DNA from: Cyanobium sp.
GTDB lineage: Bacteria > Cyanobacteriota > Cyanobacteriia > PCC-6307 > Cyanobiaceae
Length of the DNA: 64,000 nucleotides
Direction of reading: 5' to 3'
Assembly: GCA_040399305.1 (NCBI GenBank)
Contig: JBBASH010000001.1
Location: 52,592 to 116,591 of the forward strand
Below, one piece after another: positions 8,489-19,077 of this stretch. The first letter of the stretch is position 1. Each line of letters begins with the position of its first letter. The notes beneath the pieces are model-generated. The model had not been told where the DNA came from. It ran no database searches and saw only the letters and a list, made by a program, of their open reading frames with translations. The translations under genes were made by a program, and so were the position numbers.

Positions 8489-11400
8489 TCAAGCGCTGAA
8501 GTAACGCGCCTTGCTGTGGAGTGCCACCAGAGCCGTGGTGCTCTGCTCGGGCTCGAGCTGGTCACTCTCATCCATCTCTAGCCCGATCCGACCAGCATCG
8601 AGCCAGGCGAGCTGCTGGCGGGAATCGGCCACATTGGGGCAGGCGGGATAGCCGAAGGAATAACGGCTGCCGCGGTAGCGCTGGGCCAGCACATCCCGCA
8701 GGGGCATGGCTTGGGGATCGGGAAAGCCCAGTTCCCGGCGGATGCGGGCGTGGGTCCATTCGGCCAGCGCCTCGGCCATCTGCACACCGAGGCCGTGGAA
8801 ATACAGATAGTCGCTGTAGCGGTCAGCGGCGAAGAGCTCGCGGGCGAAGGCGGTGGCCTTCTCCCCCATCGTGACCGCCTGCATCGGCAGCACATCGGCG
8901 CCGCGGGGGCTGCCATCAGGGCCGCTCGGGAGATCGCGGTAAAAATCGGCGATGCAGTAGCGATTGCCGCTTCGCTGGCGGGGCAGGTCGAAGTGGCCGA
9001 GAATCTGATCCGCCTCGCCGGGGCTGGCGCCATCCGCCAGACCGGCCGGATCGAACACCACCACGGCATTGCCCCGGCGGCCGCAGGGGAAGTAGCCATA
9101 GGCCACCCGGGGGGTGAGCAGCCCTTCCGCCAGGCAACGTTCCATCCACTGGGCCAGGACGGGCTCCGCCTTCTCCGCCAGCATGGCGTCATAGGCCTCG
9201 CGACTCTGGTCCTGGGCCTTGCGCAGCTGCCACTGGCCGGCAAACAGGGCGTTGCGGTCGAGGTAGGCGAACACCTCCTGCAGATTGATCTGGCTCTCAT
9301 CGAGGAGCCGCGAGCCCCAGAAGGGCGGGGCGAGGGCCGCCTCTTCCGGCACGGCTTCCGAGCGGTGGTCGCTGGCCGGCGGAGCGGCGGGGGTGGCGGC
9401 GGCCACCCCAGCCGGGATGGTTCCGGCAACCTCCCCGCCGGTCTCAACCCCCTCGCTGCTGCCGAGGCTCGGCCCCAGGCCCTCCGGCGTTCCGTCGAGG
9501 AAGCCCTGGCCGTCGTCCCAGCGGCCGGCGGCCTTGGCCTCCATCAGGGCATCCATGAAGCGCAGATCGGCGAAGGCATCACGGCCGTAGATCACTTGGC
9601 CCTGGTAGGCGGCCCGGCAGTCGCCATGCACGAAGCGGGGGGTGAGGGCGGCGCCGCCGAGGATCACGGGCACATTGATACCCACCTCATTAAAAGTGCG
9701 GAGGTTGTCCTTCATGAAGGCGGTGGACTTCACGAGCAGACCGCTCATGGCGATACAATCAGCCCGATGCTGCTGCTGGGCCTCGACGATTGACTCAACG
9801 CTCTGCTTGATACCGAGATTAATGACATCATAGCCATTGTTGGTGAGGATAATATCGACGAGATTTTTGCCGATGTCGTGCACGTCCCCCTTCACCGTTG
9901 CGATTAGGAACTTGCCCTTGCTGTTGCTTTTTTGATTACCCTCAGCATCCTCCAGCTTCTCCATATGCGGCTCGAGGAAGGCCACGGCCGATTTCATCGT
10001 TTCGGCGCTCTGCAGCACGAAGGGCAGCTGCATCTGGCCGGAGCCGAATAGCTCGCCCACCACCTTCATGCCATCGAGCAGAAAGGTGTTAATGATCTGC
10101 AGCGGTGGATAGGTGGTGAGGGCTTCGGCCAGCGAGGCATCGAGTCCGATCCGTTCGCCATCAATGATGTGCTGCTTAAGCCTCTCCTCCACTGGCAGGT
10201 CTGCCAGGGAGGGACCCGAGGAACGGGCATCTTTAGCGGACACCCCAGCAAACAGCGTGGTGAGCTGCGTGAGGGGATCGTAACTACAGATGCCGTTCTC
10301 AAATCGGCGCCGGTCGTAGATCAAGTCGCGGCAGACCTGCTGATGCTCCTCACTAATCTTCACCAGGGGAAGGATCTTGGCGGGGCTGACGATCGCCGCA
10401 TCCATGCCTGCCTCGCAGCAATCGTGCAGGAACACTGAATTGAGCACAATTCGCGCCGCCGGTGAGAGGCCGAAGCTCACATTGCTCACCCCCAGCACCA
10501 CATGCACGCCGGGAAGTTCGCTGCGGATCCGGCGGATCGCTTCCACCGTGGCGGCGCCGTTGCGGCGGTCCTCTTCGATGCCGGTGGAGATCGGCAGGGC
10601 GAGGGGGTCGTAGAAGATCTCGTGGGCCGGAATGCCGTATTCCAGGGCATCGCGGTAGGCCCGCTGGGCGATGGCGAACTTGCGCTCGGCCGTGCGGGCC
10701 ATGCCCTCCTCATCGATGGTGCCCACCACCACACCGGCGCCGTAATCCCGGGCGAGTTCCAGCACCTTGAAGAAGCGCTCATCGCCGTCTTCGTAGTTGG
10801 TGGAATTGAGGATGCACTTGCCGCCGGCCACCTTGAGGCCGGCCTCCATCTTCTGCCACTCGGTGGAATCGAGCATCAGCGGCAGGTTCACATTGGTGAC
10901 CAGGCGGCTCACCAGGTCGCGCATGTCGCGCTCCCCGTCGCGTCCCACGTAATCGACATTCACATCGAGCACGTGGGCGTTCTCCTTCACCTGGCTGCGT
11001 CCCACCGCCACCAGGCCATCCCAGTCCTCCTCTGCCAACAGCTCGCGCACCTTCTTGCTGCCGCTGGCGTTGAGGCGCTCACCGATGATCAGGAAGGAGT
11101 TGTCCTGCAGATAGGGGGTTACGCCATAGAGGGAGGCGGCGGCGGGCTCGTAGCCGAGGGCCGGGCGTACGGCGGCGGCATCGGGGGTTGAGGCGTAGTC
11201 ATGGCTGGCGGGGTCCTTCTCAGCGCCTGAGCCGGCGGCCCGATGGCTGCGGCGCACCGGCCGAGGAGCGGCATGGAGTTCGGCGGCCAGCTCCGCTAAG
11301 GCGCCGATGTGGGCGGGGGTGGTGCCGCAGCAGCCGCCGATCACCTGCACCCCGAGGTCCTCGACGAAATGCATCAACTGCATCTTCATCTCGGTGGGGG

Positions 11401-12232
11401 TGAGCCGGTAGTGGGCCACCCCGCCGATGTTTTCCGGCAGGCCGGCATTGGGAATGCAGCTCACCACGAAGGGGCAGTGCTCGCTCAGGTAGCGCACGTG
11501 CTCCTTCATCTGCTCCGGTCCGGTGGCGCAGTTGAGGCCGAGCACATCGATCGGAAAGGGCTCCAGGATCGCCACCACTGCGGCGATATCGGAGCCCACC
11601 AACATCGTGCCGGTGGTTTCCATCGTGACCGACACCATCAGGGGCCGGCGTTCGCCGGCTTCCCGGAAGGCCTCCTCGATGCCCTGAAGGGCCGCCTTGA
11701 TCTGCAGCACGTCCTGGCAGGTCTCGACGATGAACAGGTCCACATCGCCCGCCAGCAGTCCCGCCGCCTGCTCGCAGAAGGAGGCCTTCATCGTGTCGAA
11801 ATCGATGTGGCCCAGGGTGGGCAACTTGGTAGTGGGTCCGATCGAGCCAGCCACAAAGCGCGGCTTTTCGGCTGTGCTGAACTGCTCGGCTACCTCACGG
11901 GCGAGTTCGGCGGCCCGTTTGTTGAGGGCGAAGGCCTGATCCTCCAGGCCGTATTCGGCCAGGACGATGGAAGCGGCGCCAAAGGTGTCGGTTTCGATCA
12001 CATCGGCGCCCACCTCCAGAAATTGGCGATGCACCGCCTGCACCGCATCAGGCCGGGTGAACACCAAGTTCTCGTTGCAACCCTCCAGAGCTGGGCCGCC
12101 GAAATCCTCGGCGCTCAGGTTCATCTGCTGCAGCGAGGTGCCGGTGGCGCCATCGAACACCAGCACCGGCCTGGAAGGATCATGGAGCCGATCCAAAAAA
12201 CCGATCCGGCTGGTGGCGATGGCGGCGGTCAT
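8489..12232 (-). CDS. metH: Cobalamin-dependent methionine synthase
   Basis: 1247 aa. Hcy-binding module with [11 protein letters not shown], pterin-binding module, B12-binding [12 protein letters not shown] (DxHxxG), and a C-terminal AdoMet reactivation domain. The ATG overlaps the ilvE stop (ATGA at 12230-12234, minus strand). Confidence 0.97.
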   Translation of the reverse strand: MTAAIATSRIGFLDRLHDPSRPVLVFDGATGTSLQQMNLSAEDFGGPALEGCNENLVFTRPDAVQAVHRQFLEVGADVIETDTFGAASIVLAEYGLEDQAFALNKRAAELAREVAEQFSTAEKPRFVAGSIGPTTKLPTLGHIDFDTMKASFCEQAAGLLAGDVDLFIVETCQDVLQIKAALQGIEEAFREAGERRPLMVSVTMETTGTMLVGSDIAAVVAILEPFPIDVLGLNCATGPEQMKEHVRYLSEHCPFVVSCIPNAGLPENIGGVAHYRLTPTEMKMQLMHFVEDLGVQVIGGCCGTTPAHIGALAELAAELHAAPRPVRRSHRAAGSGAEKDPASHDYASTPDAAAVRPALGYEPAAASLYGVTPYLQDNSFLIIGERLNASGSKKVRELLAEEDWDGLVAVGRSQVKENAHVLDVNVDYVGRDGERDMRDLVSRLVTNVNLPLMLDSTEWQKMEAGLKVAGGKCILNSTNYEDGDERFFKVLELARDYGAGVVVGTIDEEGMARTAERKFAIAQRAYRDALEYGIPAHEIFYDPLALPISTGIEEDRRNGAATVEAIRRIRSELPGVHVVLGVSNVSFGLSPAARIVLNSVFLHDCCEAGMDAAIVSPAKILPLVKISEEHQQVCRDLIYDRRRFENGICSYDPLTQLTTLFAGVSAKDARSSGPSLADLPVEERLKQHIIDGERIGLDASLAEALTTYPPLQIINTFLLDGMKVVGELFGSGQMQLPFVLQSAETMKSAVAFLEPHMEKLEDAEGNQKSNSKGKFLIATVKGDVHDIGKNLVDIILTNNGYDVINLGIKQSVESIVEAQQQHRADCIAMSGLLVKSTAFMKDNLRTFNEVGINVPVILGGAALTPRFVHGDCRAAYQGQVIYGRDAFADLRFMDALMEAKAAGRWDDGQGFLDGTPEGLGPSLGSSEGVETGGEVAGTIPAGVAAATPAAPPASDHRSEAVPEEAALAPPFWGSRLLDESQINLQEVFAYLDRNALFAGQWQLRKAQDQSREAYDAMLAEKAEPVLAQWMERCLAEGLLTPRVAYGYFPCGRRGNAVVVFDPAGLADGASPGEADQILGHFDLPRQRSGNRYCIADFYRDLPSGPDGSPRGADVLPMQAVTMGEKATAFARELFAADRYSDYLYFHGLGVQMAEALAEWTHARIRRELGFPDPQAMPLRDVLAQRYRGSRYSFGYPACPNVADSRQQLAWLDAGRIGLEMDESDQLEPEQSTTALVALHSKARYFSA

Positions 12233-13149
12233 CAGGTGTCGATGCGGATGCGGGTAACCCAGTGTTCATAAACGGGATCGCGGCCTTCCGTGATCGCGGT
12301 CAGCCGGTCGCGCAGCTTCTCCATCACCGGCCGGCGGTTGGGAAGATCGGTGCTCTCCAGGCGGCGGATCGGGGTCACCCGGGCCGCCGTGCCACTCAGG
12401 AAGGCCTCATCGGCCACGAACAGCTCCGTCTTGTCGACGGGGCGTTCGAGCACCGGAATGTCCATGGCCCTGGCCAGTTCCAGGATGCTGGCGCGAGTGA
12501 TGCCTTCCAGGATGTCCTGATCCACCGAAGGCGTGATCAGGACCCCATCGCGCACGATGAACAGATTCATGCCGCTGGCCTCGCTCACCTTGCCCCGGCT
12601 ATTCAGGAGCAGTGCCTCGTCGAAGCCGCTCTTCACCGCCTCGGTCTTGGCAAGGGAACTGGTGATGTAAGCGCCGCTGATCTTGCCCCGTAGGGGCAGG
12701 GAGCGATCCTCCTGGCGGGTCCAGCTGCTGAAGCGACAGGTGACCCCTTCCGGCGAGAGGTAATCCCCCATCTCGATGCCATAGATGAGAAAGTCCGTCT
12801 CGACATCGTGAAGTCGGGGGGAGATGCCCAGACCGCAGGTGTAAACGAAGGGGCGCAGGTAAAAGGGCTTGCGTGGTTTGTTGGCCTGCAGGAACGCGTC
12901 GATGGCACCACGCACGGTGTCCTCGCTGAGTTCGGTCAGCAGCAGCCGGGCGCTTTGGGTGAGGCGGCGCGCATGGCGATCGGCTCGGAACAGGAGCACC
13001 TCCCCCGGATCGTCCGGGTTGGGCAGCCCCCGCATACCACCAAAGGCGCCCGTGCCGTAATGGAGGGCATGGGTCGCGACCGAGAGGGTGGCCTCGGCGA
13101 AGGGAACACAGGTTCCGCCGAACCAGGCATAGGGAAGGAATTGATGCAT
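12232..13149 (-). CDS. ilvE: Branched-chain amino acid aminotransferase
   Basis: ATG at 13149. [41 protein letters not shown]...[18 protein letters not shown]...[15 protein letters not shown]. 305 aa. The rest of listed ORF 12232..14784 is an antisense artefact over cobN. Confidence 0.93.
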   Translation of the reverse strand: MHQFLPYAWFGGTCVPFAEATLSVATHALHYGTGAFGGMRGLPNPDDPGEVLLFRADRHARRLTQSARLLLTELSEDTVRGAIDAFLQANKPRKPFYLRPFVYTCGLGISPRLHDVETDFLIYGIEMGDYLSPEGVTCRFSSWTRQEDRSLPLRGKISGAYITSSLAKTEAVKSGFDEALLLNSRGKVSEASGMNLFIVRDGVLITPSVDQDILEGITRASILELARAMDIPVLERPVDKTELFVADEAFLSGTAARVTPIRRLESTDLPNRRPVMEKLRDRLTAITEGRDPVYEHWVTRIRIDT

Positions 13150-13194
13150 GGCAGGCGGTGGTGACGCTGCGATCTTCTCATTGCGGACAGCAGG

Positions 13195-16100
13195 ATGGTG
13201 GCTATGCACCGACTTGCCACGATTCCCGGCGCCCCGGAACCCGCTGATGGCTCCCTGCCCTTCGTGGAGCAGGAGGGTGCCGAGATGGTGCTCCTCAGCA
13301 GCGCCGATACGGATCTGGCCGCCGTGGCGGCCCTGCTGGAGAACGAACCGCAGCTGATCGCAGGGTCCCTGCGGGCCCTGAACCTGGCGGCCCTGGGCCA
13401 TCCCGCCGTGATCGACCACTACGTGGCCACCACCCTGCTCGCAGCGACGGTGGTGCTGGTGAGACTCCTGGGCGGCCGGGGGCACTGGAGCTACGGCCTC
13501 GAGCGCCTTCAGGCCTGGAGCAGGAGTGCGGAAGGGCGAACCCTGCTCGTGCTGGCGGGCACGGCCGACGAGGAAGACACGCTGGCGGAACTGGGCAACG
13601 CCCCGATCGACCTCACCCTGGCGCTGGCGGGCTGCCTGCGGGAGGGCGGCACCACCAATCTGCGCCAGGTGTTGCGCTGCCTTGAGCGGATCCGGCTCCG
13701 GCAGCCACCCTTGCTGCCCGTGGTGGAGCCCGCTCCCGACCCCCTTCCCCACGATTGGCACAACGAGCCCGGGGCTCGCGTGGGCGTGATTCTCTACCGG
13801 GCTCAGCGCCAGGCCGGAGACACAGCCCTGATGGAGGCCACGCTCGGCGCCTTGCGCCAACGGGGCCTGGCGCCGCGGGGTCTCTGGGTGAGCAGCCTCA
13901 GGGACGCAGCCGTGCAGGAGGGGGTGGCCGACCTCTACCGGCGCGAGGCGGTGGCTGCGGTGCTCTGCGGCACTGGGTTCGCCTCGGTGCGTTTCGAGGA
14001 GGCGGGGCTCGGGGCTCCGCTCTGGGAACGGCTGGATGTTCCGGTGCTCCAGATGCTCTGCAGCTCCAGGGGCCGCTCCGCTTGGCAGGAGAGCAGCATC
14101 GGTCTGGGCCCCCTCGACCTCAGCCTGCAAGTCGTCCTGCCCGAACTTGACGGGCGTCTCACGACCCGGGTGGCGGCCTTCAAGGAATGGACGGCCAGTG
14201 ATCCGAATCTGGGTACAGCCCTCCACCGCTCGGAACCGGACTCGCAACGGCTCGGCTGGATCTGCGAGTTGGTGGAGCGTTGGATCGACCTGGCCCGCAC
14301 GCCGGTGGCGCGTCGCCGGGTGGCCCTGGTGCTGGCCAACTACCCCACCCGCAATTCCCGACTGGCCAATGGCGTGGGGCTCGATACCCCCGCCAGCGTG
14401 GTGCTCATGCTCCACTGGCTGGCGGAGGCGGGCTACGCGGTGGAGGAGCCCCTGCCAACCGATGGGGATGGGCTGATCCAGCGTCTGCTGGCTGGCCGGA
14501 CCAATGACCCCGAGAGCGGGCACCGGCCCCCACTCACCCACGTCCCGCTGACGACCTACCTGAGCTGGTATGGCAGCCTGCCGGTTGAGGGTCGGGAGCG
14601 TCTGGAGGGCGTCTGGGGAGCACCGGAGGGCGATCCCGGCCTCGAACCGATGGCTGATGGTCGGCAGGGTTTCCCAATTCGAGGGCTGGATTTCGGATCC
14701 GTGGCCCTGCTGGTGCAGCCCGACCGCGGCTACGACCGTGACCCGGAGCTGACCTACCACAGCCCCGACCTCCCACCCACCCACGCCTACCTGGCCCAGT
14801 ACCTATGGCTGCGTGAGATTTTTCAATGCCAGGCCGTGGTGCATGTGGGCAAGCACGGCAACTTGGAGTGGCTGCCGGGCAAGGCTGTGGGCCTCTCGGA
14901 GCGCTGCTTCCCGGAATGGGCGCTTGGGCCCATGCCCCACCTCTATCCCTTCATCGTGAACGATCCGGGGGAGGGCAGCCAGGCCAAGCGCCGCAGCCAG
15001 GCCGTGATCCTTGATCACCTCACGCCGCCCCTGGGCCGGGCCGGCCTGCATGGCGATCTCCAGGCCCTTGAGGCCCTACTCGATGAGTACTGGGAAGCCC
15101 GCCAGCTCGGAGCGGAGCGCGCCGATTCGCTACGGGTCGAGCTGGAGCGCCTCCTGGCCACCCTGAATCTTCCGGGCCCCGCTGGCAGCGGGCCTGGCGG
15201 AGATGGGCGGCTGGAGGCCGCCGACGGCTATCTCTGTGAGCTCAAGGAAGCCCAGATCAGGCTGGGGCTCCACACCTATGGCACCCTGCCCGAGCCGGCG
15301 AAGCTGGCTGAGCTGCTGTTGTGCCTGGCCCGACCACCCCAGGGAGGGCTGCCGGGGCTCACCCAGGCGCTCGCCCTGGATCTGGGCCTCGAACTCGACC
15401 CCTGGGCCGACCGGGAGGAAGCTCCGCTGGGGGAGGCGGACCGCCGGCGGCTGCAGGAACTTGCCACTCCTGCTGGGGCCGTCGCGTCATCGCCAAACCC
15501 GGGGCAACTAACAGCGGCTCAGCGGGCCGATCACCGCATGGATCGCCCTGACAACCCTGGCTCCCCAGGGACACTGGCCGCTGCCGGCTCACCAGGAGTG
15601 GCCGCAGCACCCGAAGCGGTTCGATGGCGCCAGTGCGGCGATGCCATCGCCCATCTCGAGACGTTGGCACTGGCCGTGCTCCAGCAGGAGGTGAGCGCCG
15701 CCCTGGAGCCTGGTGCACCGCCTGCGACTCCACCCGATGGATGGCCCGCAAGCCAAGGCCCCACCTTCAGCAGCGTGCTGGGTGCAATCCGGCAAAAGCT
15801 CCTCCCCGACCTACTCGCCTGCGCCGCAGCCGAACGAGAAGCCCTGCTCGTCGGTCTGGCCGGCCGCCGCATCGCCGCCGGACCCAGCGGCGCCCCCAGC
15901 CGCGGGCGCCCCGATGTGCTCCCCACGGGCCGCAACTTTTACAGCGTGGATCTGCGCGGTCTTCCCACCGAAGCCGCCTGGGATCTGGGCCGCCGCAGCG
16001 CTGAACTGTTGCTGGAGGAGCACCTGCAGAGCGAGGGCGATGACCTGCGCCACCTGGCCCTCTCGGTGTGGGGCACCGCCACGATGCGCAATGGCGGCGA

Positions 16101-17169
16101 GGACATCGGCCAGGCCCTGGCCCTGATGGGGGTGCGCCCGGTATGGGATGGCCCCACCCGCCGCATGGTGGATCTGGAGGTGCTGCCCCTGAAGCTGCTC
16201 GGCCGGCCCCGGGTGGACGTGACCCTGCGCATCTCCGGCCTGTTCCGTGATGCCTTCCCCCAGTTGGTGGGCTGGTTCAACCGGGCCTGCAGCCTGGTGG
16301 CCGCCCTCGAGGAAAGCGAGGAGGCCAATCCGCTGGCGGCGGCGGCACGGCGGGAAGGGCAGGCCTGGCGCGTGTATGGATCGGCTCCAGGGGCCTACGG
16401 GGCCGGTCTGCAGGCCCTGATCGATTCGGGGCAGTGGGAGAGCCGCTCCGACCTCGGCGAGGCCTTTCTGCAGTGGAGTTCCTGGCGTTACGGCGCCGCG
16501 ATTGAATCAGCAGCCGCGGCGGGTGAGCCCGGGCAGGCGGATATGGGACGTGGCGCTTCCGCCTGGGATCCCAGTCAGGCTGGAATCGAAGCCAGCCACG
16601 ACCGTTCCGGCCTGGATGCCCGCCTGCGCAAGGTGCAGGTGGTGCTCCACAACCAGGACAACCGCGAGCATGACCTGCTCGATTCGGATGATTACTACCA
16701 ATTCCAAGGGGGCCTCAGCGCCGCAGTGGAACATCTGCGCGGCTCTGCGCCCCAGCTCTGGTTCGCGGACCACTCCCGCAGCGAACGACCCCGCATCCAC
16801 CGGCTGGAGAAGGAGTTCGACAAGGTGCTGCGCTCCCGTCTGCTCAACCCCCGCTGGATCGAGGCCATGCAGGGCCATGGCTACAAGGGGGGCTTCGAGA
16901 TGGCCGCCAGCCTCGATTACCTGTTCGCCTATGACGCCAGCACCGGTCGGGTGCCGGACTGGAGCTACGGCGCCCTGGCGGATCGATGGCTTGCTGATCC
17001 CGCTGTTCTGGACTTCCTACGCCGCAGCAACCCCTGGGCCCTACGGGACATGGCCGAACGGATGCTTGAAGCCCACAATCGCGGCCTCTGGGCAGGGGCC
17101 CAACACGAGCAGCTGGTCGGACTCAGGGAACTGGTGCTCGAGAGCGAGGCCCTGATTGAAGCGCCCTGA
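13195..17169 (+). CDS. cobN: Cobaltochelatase subunit CobN
   Basis: 1324 aa. The N-terminus MHRLATIPG...MVLLSSADTDLAAVA resembles CobN rather than ChlH. CobN/Mg-chelatase core AVVHVGKHGNLEWLPGK. The start could be ATG 13195 or ATG 13204. Confidence 0.9.
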   Translation: MVAMHRLATIPGAPEPADGSLPFVEQEGAEMVLLSSADTDLAAVAALLENEPQLIAGSLRALNLAALGHPAVIDHYVATTLLAATVVLVRLLGGRGHWSYGLERLQAWSRSAEGRTLLVLAGTADEEDTLAELGNAPIDLTLALAGCLREGGTTNLRQVLRCLERIRLRQPPLLPVVEPAPDPLPHDWHNEPGARVGVILYRAQRQAGDTALMEATLGALRQRGLAPRGLWVSSLRDAAVQEGVADLYRREAVAAVLCGTGFASVRFEEAGLGAPLWERLDVPVLQMLCSSRGRSAWQESSIGLGPLDLSLQVVLPELDGRLTTRVAAFKEWTASDPNLGTALHRSEPDSQRLGWICELVERWIDLARTPVARRRVALVLANYPTRNSRLANGVGLDTPASVVLMLHWLAEAGYAVEEPLPTDGDGLIQRLLAGRTNDPESGHRPPLTHVPLTTYLSWYGSLPVEGRERLEGVWGAPEGDPGLEPMADGRQGFPIRGLDFGSVALLVQPDRGYDRDPELTYHSPDLPPTHAYLAQYLWLREIFQCQAVVHVGKHGNLEWLPGKAVGLSERCFPEWALGPMPHLYPFIVNDPGEGSQAKRRSQAVILDHLTPPLGRAGLHGDLQALEALLDEYWEARQLGAERADSLRVELERLLATLNLPGPAGSGPGGDGRLEAADGYLCELKEAQIRLGLHTYGTLPEPAKLAELLLCLARPPQGGLPGLTQALALDLGLELDPWADREEAPLGEADRRRLQELATPAGAVASSPNPGQLTAAQRADHRMDRPDNPGSPGTLAAAGSPGVAAAPEAVRWRQCGDAIAHLETLALAVLQQEVSAALEPGAPPATPPDGWPASQGPTFSSVLGAIRQKLLPDLLACAAAEREALLVGLAGRRIAAGPSGAPSRGRPDVLPTGRNFYSVDLRGLPTEAAWDLGRRSAELLLEEHLQSEGDDLRHLALSVWGTATMRNGGEDIGQALALMGVRPVWDGPTRRMVDLEVLPLKLLGRPRVDVTLRISGLFRDAFPQLVGWFNRACSLVAALEESEEANPLAAAARREGQAWRVYGSAPGAYGAGLQALIDSGQWESRSDLGEAFLQWSSWRYGAAIESAAAAGEPGQADMGRGASAWDPSQAGIEASHDRSGLDARLRKVQVVLHNQDNREHDLLDSDDYYQFQGGLSAAVEHLRGSAPQLWFADHSRSERPRIHRLEKEFDKVLRSRLLNPRWIEAMQGHGYKGGFEMAASLDYLFAYDASTGRVPDWSYGALADRWLADPAVLDFLRRSNPWALRDMAERMLEAHNRGLWAGAQHEQLVGLRELVLESEALIEAP

Positions 17170-17172
17170 GAA

Positions 17173-17706
17173 TCAGCCGTTCAGATCCTTGGCCATCGAC
17201 TTGAAGGGATCGATGGAGCCGGCACGGCCCGCCGCTGGGGTGGCTGCGCCTTCGCCCTCGGAGGCCTTGGCCTGCCGAGCTGCCGGAGCCGCACCAGGCT
17301 GGTTCACGGACACGGCAGTGCCCTTCATCCGCTGGGCTAGCTCGGCCGGGGACATCGACTGGGCAAAGGTTTTCTTGACCGGCTTGGGTACCCCACCGGT
17401 GAGATTCACATCGACATCCGTGTCGGTGCTGATGCCCGCCAGGCCGGGGGTCATGGTTTCGAGGCGGGCTTCCATCGAGGCCACCTCCTGGATCATTTCC
17501 TTCTGGCCGGGGCTGTCGGCGCTGCCGGGGAAGGTGCGGCGGATCGTATTGGGGCGCCGCATGAAGTTGACGTCCCCCATGCTGGTGGAGGCATCGGGAT
17601 CCAGAAAAAAGGCCTCTTCGGCCTTCTTGGCCTTGGCCGGCTTCGACTGGCCGGAGATCTTGACTTCGCTGGAGCGGGAGCCGAGCAGACGATCGAACAG
17701 ACCCAT
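17173..17706 (-). CDS. Hypothetical protein (conserved picocyanobacterial type, low complexity)
   Basis: ATG at 17706 (listed start 17718 is TTG). MGLFDRLLGSRSSEVKISGQSKPAKAKKAEEAFFLDPDASTSMGDVNFMRRPNTIRRTFPG... No recognised domain. Confidence 0.5.
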   Translation of the reverse strand: MGLFDRLLGSRSSEVKISGQSKPAKAKKAEEAFFLDPDASTSMGDVNFMRRPNTIRRTFPGSADSPGQKEMIQEVASMEARLETMTPGLAGISTDTDVDVNLTGGVPKPVKKTFAQSMSPAELAQRMKGTAVSVNQPGAAPAARQAKASEGEGAATPAAGRAGSIDPFKSMAKDLNG

Positions 17707-17733
17707 GGGCGTCAACAAAGCTGTCAGGGAACC

Positions 17734-18399
17734 CTAGCGGCCCTGGAGGGCCAGACCGTGGGTATCGGTGCCGCAGCTCAGCAAAAGGCCACGATCAGAC
17801 AGGTTGCGGGCGATGGCGTCACACACCAGCGGTGTGGGGCTCCACTGTGGGGCCATGGTGTAGTCGTACCAGGCCTCCCCGCCATCGAGGCCAATCTCGG
17901 CGGCGGCGGCGATCAGGCGCTGGTGGGGCAGGCGATAGCGAGCGGGATGGGCCAGCAGGGCCAGCCCCCCGGCTGCCCGGATCGCCGCCACCACCGCCTC
18001 CGCCCGCAGGCCCGGTCCCACCACGGCCTCGCCCTGCAGGTAGGGGGCCAGGGGCTCCGGGTCGGGCCCGAAGCCCAGGCCCAGCACATGCACGAGGCAA
18101 CCCTCCAGCAGACAGCTGATCTCCACCCCCCGCCAGAGGGTCGGAATCCGGGTCCCCTCCTCTTGACAACGCGCCAATGCCGCGGCAATGCGGTCATGGG
18201 CGGCCAGGGCGTGGTGGTCGGTCACCGCCAAGTGCTCCAGGCCGATCGCCACCGCCTGGTGGGCGAGGGCCTCTGGGGCCAGGCTGCCATCGCTGCAAAG
18301 GGTATGGCAGTGGAAGTTGAAGCGGGTCGGACAGCTCTCCGGACCCACCTCGCGGAGCACCGCCGCCAGCGGATGCTGATGCGCCTCAGCCCGCAGCAC
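17734..18399 (-). CDS. PHP-domain metal-dependent phosphoesterase
   Basis: Motifs NFHCHTLCSDG, LAVTDHH, and the C-terminal GTDTHG. GTG start at 18399 overlaps the hemJ stop by 14 nt. Confidence 0.8.
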   Translation of the reverse strand: MLRAEAHQHPLAAVLREVGPESCPTRFNFHCHTLCSDGSLAPEALAHQAVAIGLEHLAVTDHHALAAHDRIAAALARCQEEGTRIPTLWRGVEISCLLEGCLVHVLGLGFGPDPEPLAPYLQGEAVVGPGLRAEAVVAAIRAAGGLALLAHPARYRLPHQRLIAAAAEIGLDGGEAWYDYTMAPQWSPTPLVCDAIARNLSDRGLLLSCGTDTHGLALQGR

Positions 18400-19024
18400 C
18401 GCGTCCTTCCCCTTCGCTCACTAAGACACCGGCCATCCGGGCGGTCTCAGCCTCCGTCTCGCTCCGCAGGCGGCGCCAGCGGGCGTAGAACTGGATCGAG
18501 GCCGCCATGGCGATCACCAGGGCCACCAGGAACCAAGTGGCGGCGCCGGTGGGGAACTGGTTCTTGAACACCACCAGCATCACCACCACCACAAGGAGCA
18601 GGGTGGGCAATTCGTTGAGGGCTCGCAACTGACGGCCACTCCAGGTACAGGCCCCTCTCTGCAACTGGCCCATTAGCCGGTAACAGAAGGCGTGGTAGGC
18701 CAGCAACGCCGCCACGAAGGCCAGCTTGGCGTGCATCCAGCCTTGATGAAGCCAGGCGGGGTTCACGCTGAGCAGGCCCACCGCCATCGCCACCGCCACC
18801 ACCATGCCGGGGGTGGTGATGATGTTGGCCAGGCGCCGCTCCATCACCGAATACTGGGCCTCGAAGGCCGCCCGGATCGGGGGGTCCAGCTCTGCCGCCT
18901 CGCGGTGGTAGATGAACAGCCGCACCAGGTAGAAGAGCCCGGCGAACCACACCACTACACCCACGATGTGGAGGGTCTTGAACCAGAGGTAGGCCTCCGG
19001 AGGCCAGGTGAAGGCCAGGAGCAT
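18386..19024 (-). CDS. hemJ: Protoporphyrinogen IX oxidase HemJ
   Basis: ATG at 19024. MLLAFTWPPEAYLWFKTLHIVGVVVWFAGLFYLVRLFIYH closely resembles the slr1790-type HemJ N-terminus. Multi-pass membrane protein. Confidence 0.85.
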   Translation of the reverse strand: MLLAFTWPPEAYLWFKTLHIVGVVVWFAGLFYLVRLFIYHREAAELDPPIRAAFEAQYSVMERRLANIITTPGMVVAVAMAVGLLSVNPAWLHQGWMHAKLAFVAALLAYHAFCYRLMGQLQRGACTWSGRQLRALNELPTLLLVVVVMLVVFKNQFPTGAATWFLVALVIAMAASIQFYARWRRLRSETEAETARMAGVLVSEGEGRGAAG

Positions 19025-19077
19025 CGGCCGCGAACAGGTCTCCTTCACGCTAGGGGGTCAGACCGTCGGGGACGGGG

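Noticed and set aside
12232-14784. 850-aa listed ORF on the minus strand
   Set aside because: Only the last 305 codons (from ATG 13149) are ilvE. The upstream 545 codons are Gly/Arg/Pro/His-rich and lie antisense to the well-supported cobN gene, so they are a high-GC open-frame artefact.
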